Assembly (NCBI GenBank): GCA_050261115.1 | Contig: JBLNCY010000025.1 | Location: forward strand, 1 to 27,934 | DNA length: 27,934 bases | Direction: 5' to 3' | From: Methanocella sp. | Lineage (GTDB): Archaea; Thermoproteota; Bathyarchaeia; Bathyarchaeales; Bathycorpusculaceae | Shown: positions 26,188 to 27,934 of the stretch, in pieces | Layout: each line of letters begins with the position of its first letter | Position numbering within the stretch: the stretch's first letter is position 1 | The notes under the pieces: model-generated | Databases searched by the model: none | What the model was told of the DNA's origin: nothing | Seen by the model: the letters and a program-made list of their open reading frames with translations, nothing else | Position numbers and translations under genes: made by a program

Positions 26188-26637
26188 TTGGAAATTAAAA
26201 TCGAGACAGCAACCCCCCGAATGCTGGATACTTTTTTTAAAATTGAGCGACAGTGCTTCAACGAGGAAGCCTTTACTAGACAACAAATCGCGTATCTACT
26301 AGTCGACTATAACACGGTTGCATTAACGGCAAAAATAGCTGGTGAGGTTGCTGGTTTTGTTATCGCCCAGATAGATACGGATAGCTGCACAGAGTTTGGT
26401 CATATAGTCACACTTAACGTTGCTCCCAGTTTCCGTCGCAGGGGCGTTGCGACAAGGCTTCTTTGTGAGATGGAAAACCTGCTAAGGGGCAGAGGTATAA
26501 GTGAGTGCCGTCTTGAAGTCCGTGAAGATAACCATTCGGCGATCAAGCTTTATTATAAGCTAGGCTATGGGGCGATTGGTAAATTGGAGCGTTATTATGG
26601 CAGAAAACACGGATTATACCTTAAAAAAGTCCTATAG
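26188..26637 (+). CDS. rimI: RimI/Ard1-like GNAT N-acetyltransferase
   Basis: GHIVTLNVAPSFRRRGVA, LEVREDN.SAIKLY.KLGY and RYY. Confidence 0.88.
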   Translation: MEIKIETATPRMLDTFFKIERQCFNEEAFTRQQIAYLLVDYNTVALTAKIAGEVAGFVIAQIDTDSCTEFGHIVTLNVAPSFRRRGVATRLLCEMENLLRGRGISECRLEVREDNHSAIKLYYKLGYGAIGKLERYYGRKHGLYLKKVL

Positions 26638-26736
26638 GCTGTTCAACGTAGGTTTTAATCATTTTTTGAATGATCGAGGATGGAATAAAGATTTAAATCC
26701 TTTTTTGGGGTTAAAAAGGGCTTAGCTGGGAGAAAA

Positions 26737-27015
26737 ATGGGGGAACCACACCAACAAACAGCTGACCCAGGTTACGGGCACCCGATTGTTGTACTTCTAC
26801 GGAACACTACCTGGCGCTGTGGAAAGCTGGAGAAATCAATCGTTAAGCACCTCTACCGAAAGCATGAACGCTTCGGAAAACCCGAAGGCACAATTGGAGA
26901 CATAATGGCGAACCTAAACATAACAGGCGAAAAGAAAGACGAATGCATTGATGCCATACGAAGGCTAGAAAAAAGAAATATTGTCAAAATACTCTCAATT
27001 CAGTCCCCAACATAG
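26737..27015 (+). CDS. Hypothetical small basic protein, possible winged-helix C-terminus
   Basis: 92 aa with an upstream GGGAG SD-like site. The DAIRRLEKRNIVKI ending resembles a wHTH recognition helix and wing. Confidence 0.65.
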   Translation: MGEPHQQTADPGYGHPIVVLLRNTTWRCGKLEKSIVKHLYRKHERFGKPEGTIGDIMANLNITGEKKDECIDAIRRLEKRNIVKILSIQSPT

Positions 27016-27218
27016 GCTTCGCGGCTTGAAAGGGCACACTGCTTGTCAGTCACTTTTAGACGCTGATTAACCTACAGTGCATAAACAGATTAGCAGTAAG
27101 ATATGAATAGGCGCGTCTAGCTGTCTTTTTTTATTATAGAGCACAATCCCTATCGGTAATTCATTAACGCGCCAAGTTTAAGGGACCGCTGATTTTTGAT
27201 TGTTGATTCAGAATTTGT

Positions 27219-27295
27219 TGGTGCGGTAACCGGGATTTGAACCCGGGTCCTAGACTTGGCAAGCCTATGTACTAACCAAGCTGTACTATTACCGC
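27219..27295 (-). tRNA. tRNA-Gly(GCC), CCA encoded, no intron
   Basis: Reverse complement GCGGTAA...TAGGC-TTGCCAA-GTCTA...GGTTCAAATCC...TTACCGC-A-CCA. Confidence 0.97.
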
Positions 27296-27552
27296 ATATC
27301 GTAACGCAACAATCTCAAAACTCCCTAATAAACCCTATTTCTTAATCTCGGTTACTATTTTGACCAACTGTCTACTTTACGAGGTGTATCTTTATACGAG
27401 ATAATAAGCGAGTATCAACCCTCTCAACAGTTACCGGAATGAAAAACCAATAGAAACTGAAAAAGTCACAACCCTTAGCTATAGTAATCAAGAAAAATAC
27501 TTGCTAGGCTGTCTGAGTATTATGTGATTATTTTCAGCGGAAGCTTACACGC

Positions 27553-27677
27553 GGTTGGGGGTTTCTTGACTAAAACTAATACCTACACGGGCCCGCCACC
27601 CCCCAAACGAATTTATCCTGCACAACAAACCTTCCCTTTTCTTTTAGTCGGAAGGTTAATGTTTCCAAGGTGCAGAA
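27553..27677 (-). ncRNA. Candidate two-hairpin structured RNA with complementary loops
   Basis: Stems 27616-27623/27670-27677, 27628-27635/27650-27657 and 27555-27561/27600-27606. Loop segments 27568-27575 and 27642-27649 are exact reverse complements. Confidence 0.45.
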
Positions 27678-27747
27678 TTTATTAAAAAATTTTTTATTCC
27701 AGCGTATGCGCGATATTTTCTCAGCGCTTAAGTTGCTTATCCTCATG

Positions 27748-27933
27748 CTAAACAGAGGGATGTTTCTGTTGAACTATTCCTCTCTTTAATGCTAAAAAGA
27801 TAAAGAACTGAGCACACGCCGCTATAGCCGCCGCCTTCATGGCAGATACTCCCTCAAGTCCAGCAACAGAACTGCCACCCAAAGTACTAAAGAAGGTTAA
27901 CCCACTAATGATTGCCGCATCCACAAGTGCATC
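27748..27933 (-). CDS. 3' part of a small membrane protein running off the window (not in the ORF track)
   Basis: Open frame ...DALVDAAIISGLTFFSTLGGSSVAGLEGVSAMKAAAIAACAQFFIFLALKRGIVQQKHPSV*, with two hydrophobic segments. Confidence 0.7.
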   Translation of the reverse strand, partial: DALVDAAIISGLTFFSTLGGSSVAGLEGVSAMKAAAIAACAQFFIFLALKRGIVQQKHPSV

Positions 27934-27934
27934 A

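Noticed and set aside
27625-27660. Cobalamin riboswitch suggested by AAAAGGGAAG on the minus strand
   Set aside because: The following CCGGUG..AAUCCGG stem, the GCCCCCGC segment and the B12 box are absent.
27296-27747. Replication origin in the long gap near tRNA-Gly
   Set aside because: No repeated ORB-like TTCCAxTGGAAA boxes and no orc1/cdc6 gene in the window.
1-27934. CRISPR array, IS element, integrase or prophage
   Set aside because: No regularly spaced repeats, and no transposase, recombinase or capsid-like ORFs were seen.

Overview
Archaeal chromosomal segment. TiaS, TATA-box promoters, GGTGA-type Shine-Dalgarno sites, stand-alone Lrp/AsnC RAM domains and the style of the secreted proteins suggest a TACK archaeon, most likely Bathyarchaeia; this assignment is an inference. 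Housekeeping content: tiaS, pyrG, a rimI-like acetyltransferase, tRNA-Ala(GGC) and tRNA-Gly(GCC). Other genes: a GT2 glycosyltransferase, a multi-PAS histidine kinase, a single-domain receiver, a NapH/MauN-like membrane polyferredoxin, two UPF0104 flippase-like paralogues, three RAM-only proteins and several membrane-anchored secreted proteins. The most striking locus (11331-15757) is a bacterial-type LysR gene divergent from dsrE-like, tusA-like, a double-cubane-type (HgdB/DCCP family) reductase and a Cys-form selD, with a Rieske ferredoxin next to it. No Sec, SelU or ATPase-activator gene is present in the window, so this is a candidate orphan-SelD selenium/sulfur relay system. Reading outside the ORF track also gave an unlisted 44-aa Cys-rich ORF with its own SD and terminator, four structured intergenic elements (one with a possible 8-bp loop-loop pairing), a 28-bp dyad next to a TATA box, and an AT-rich islet beside tRNA-Ala.
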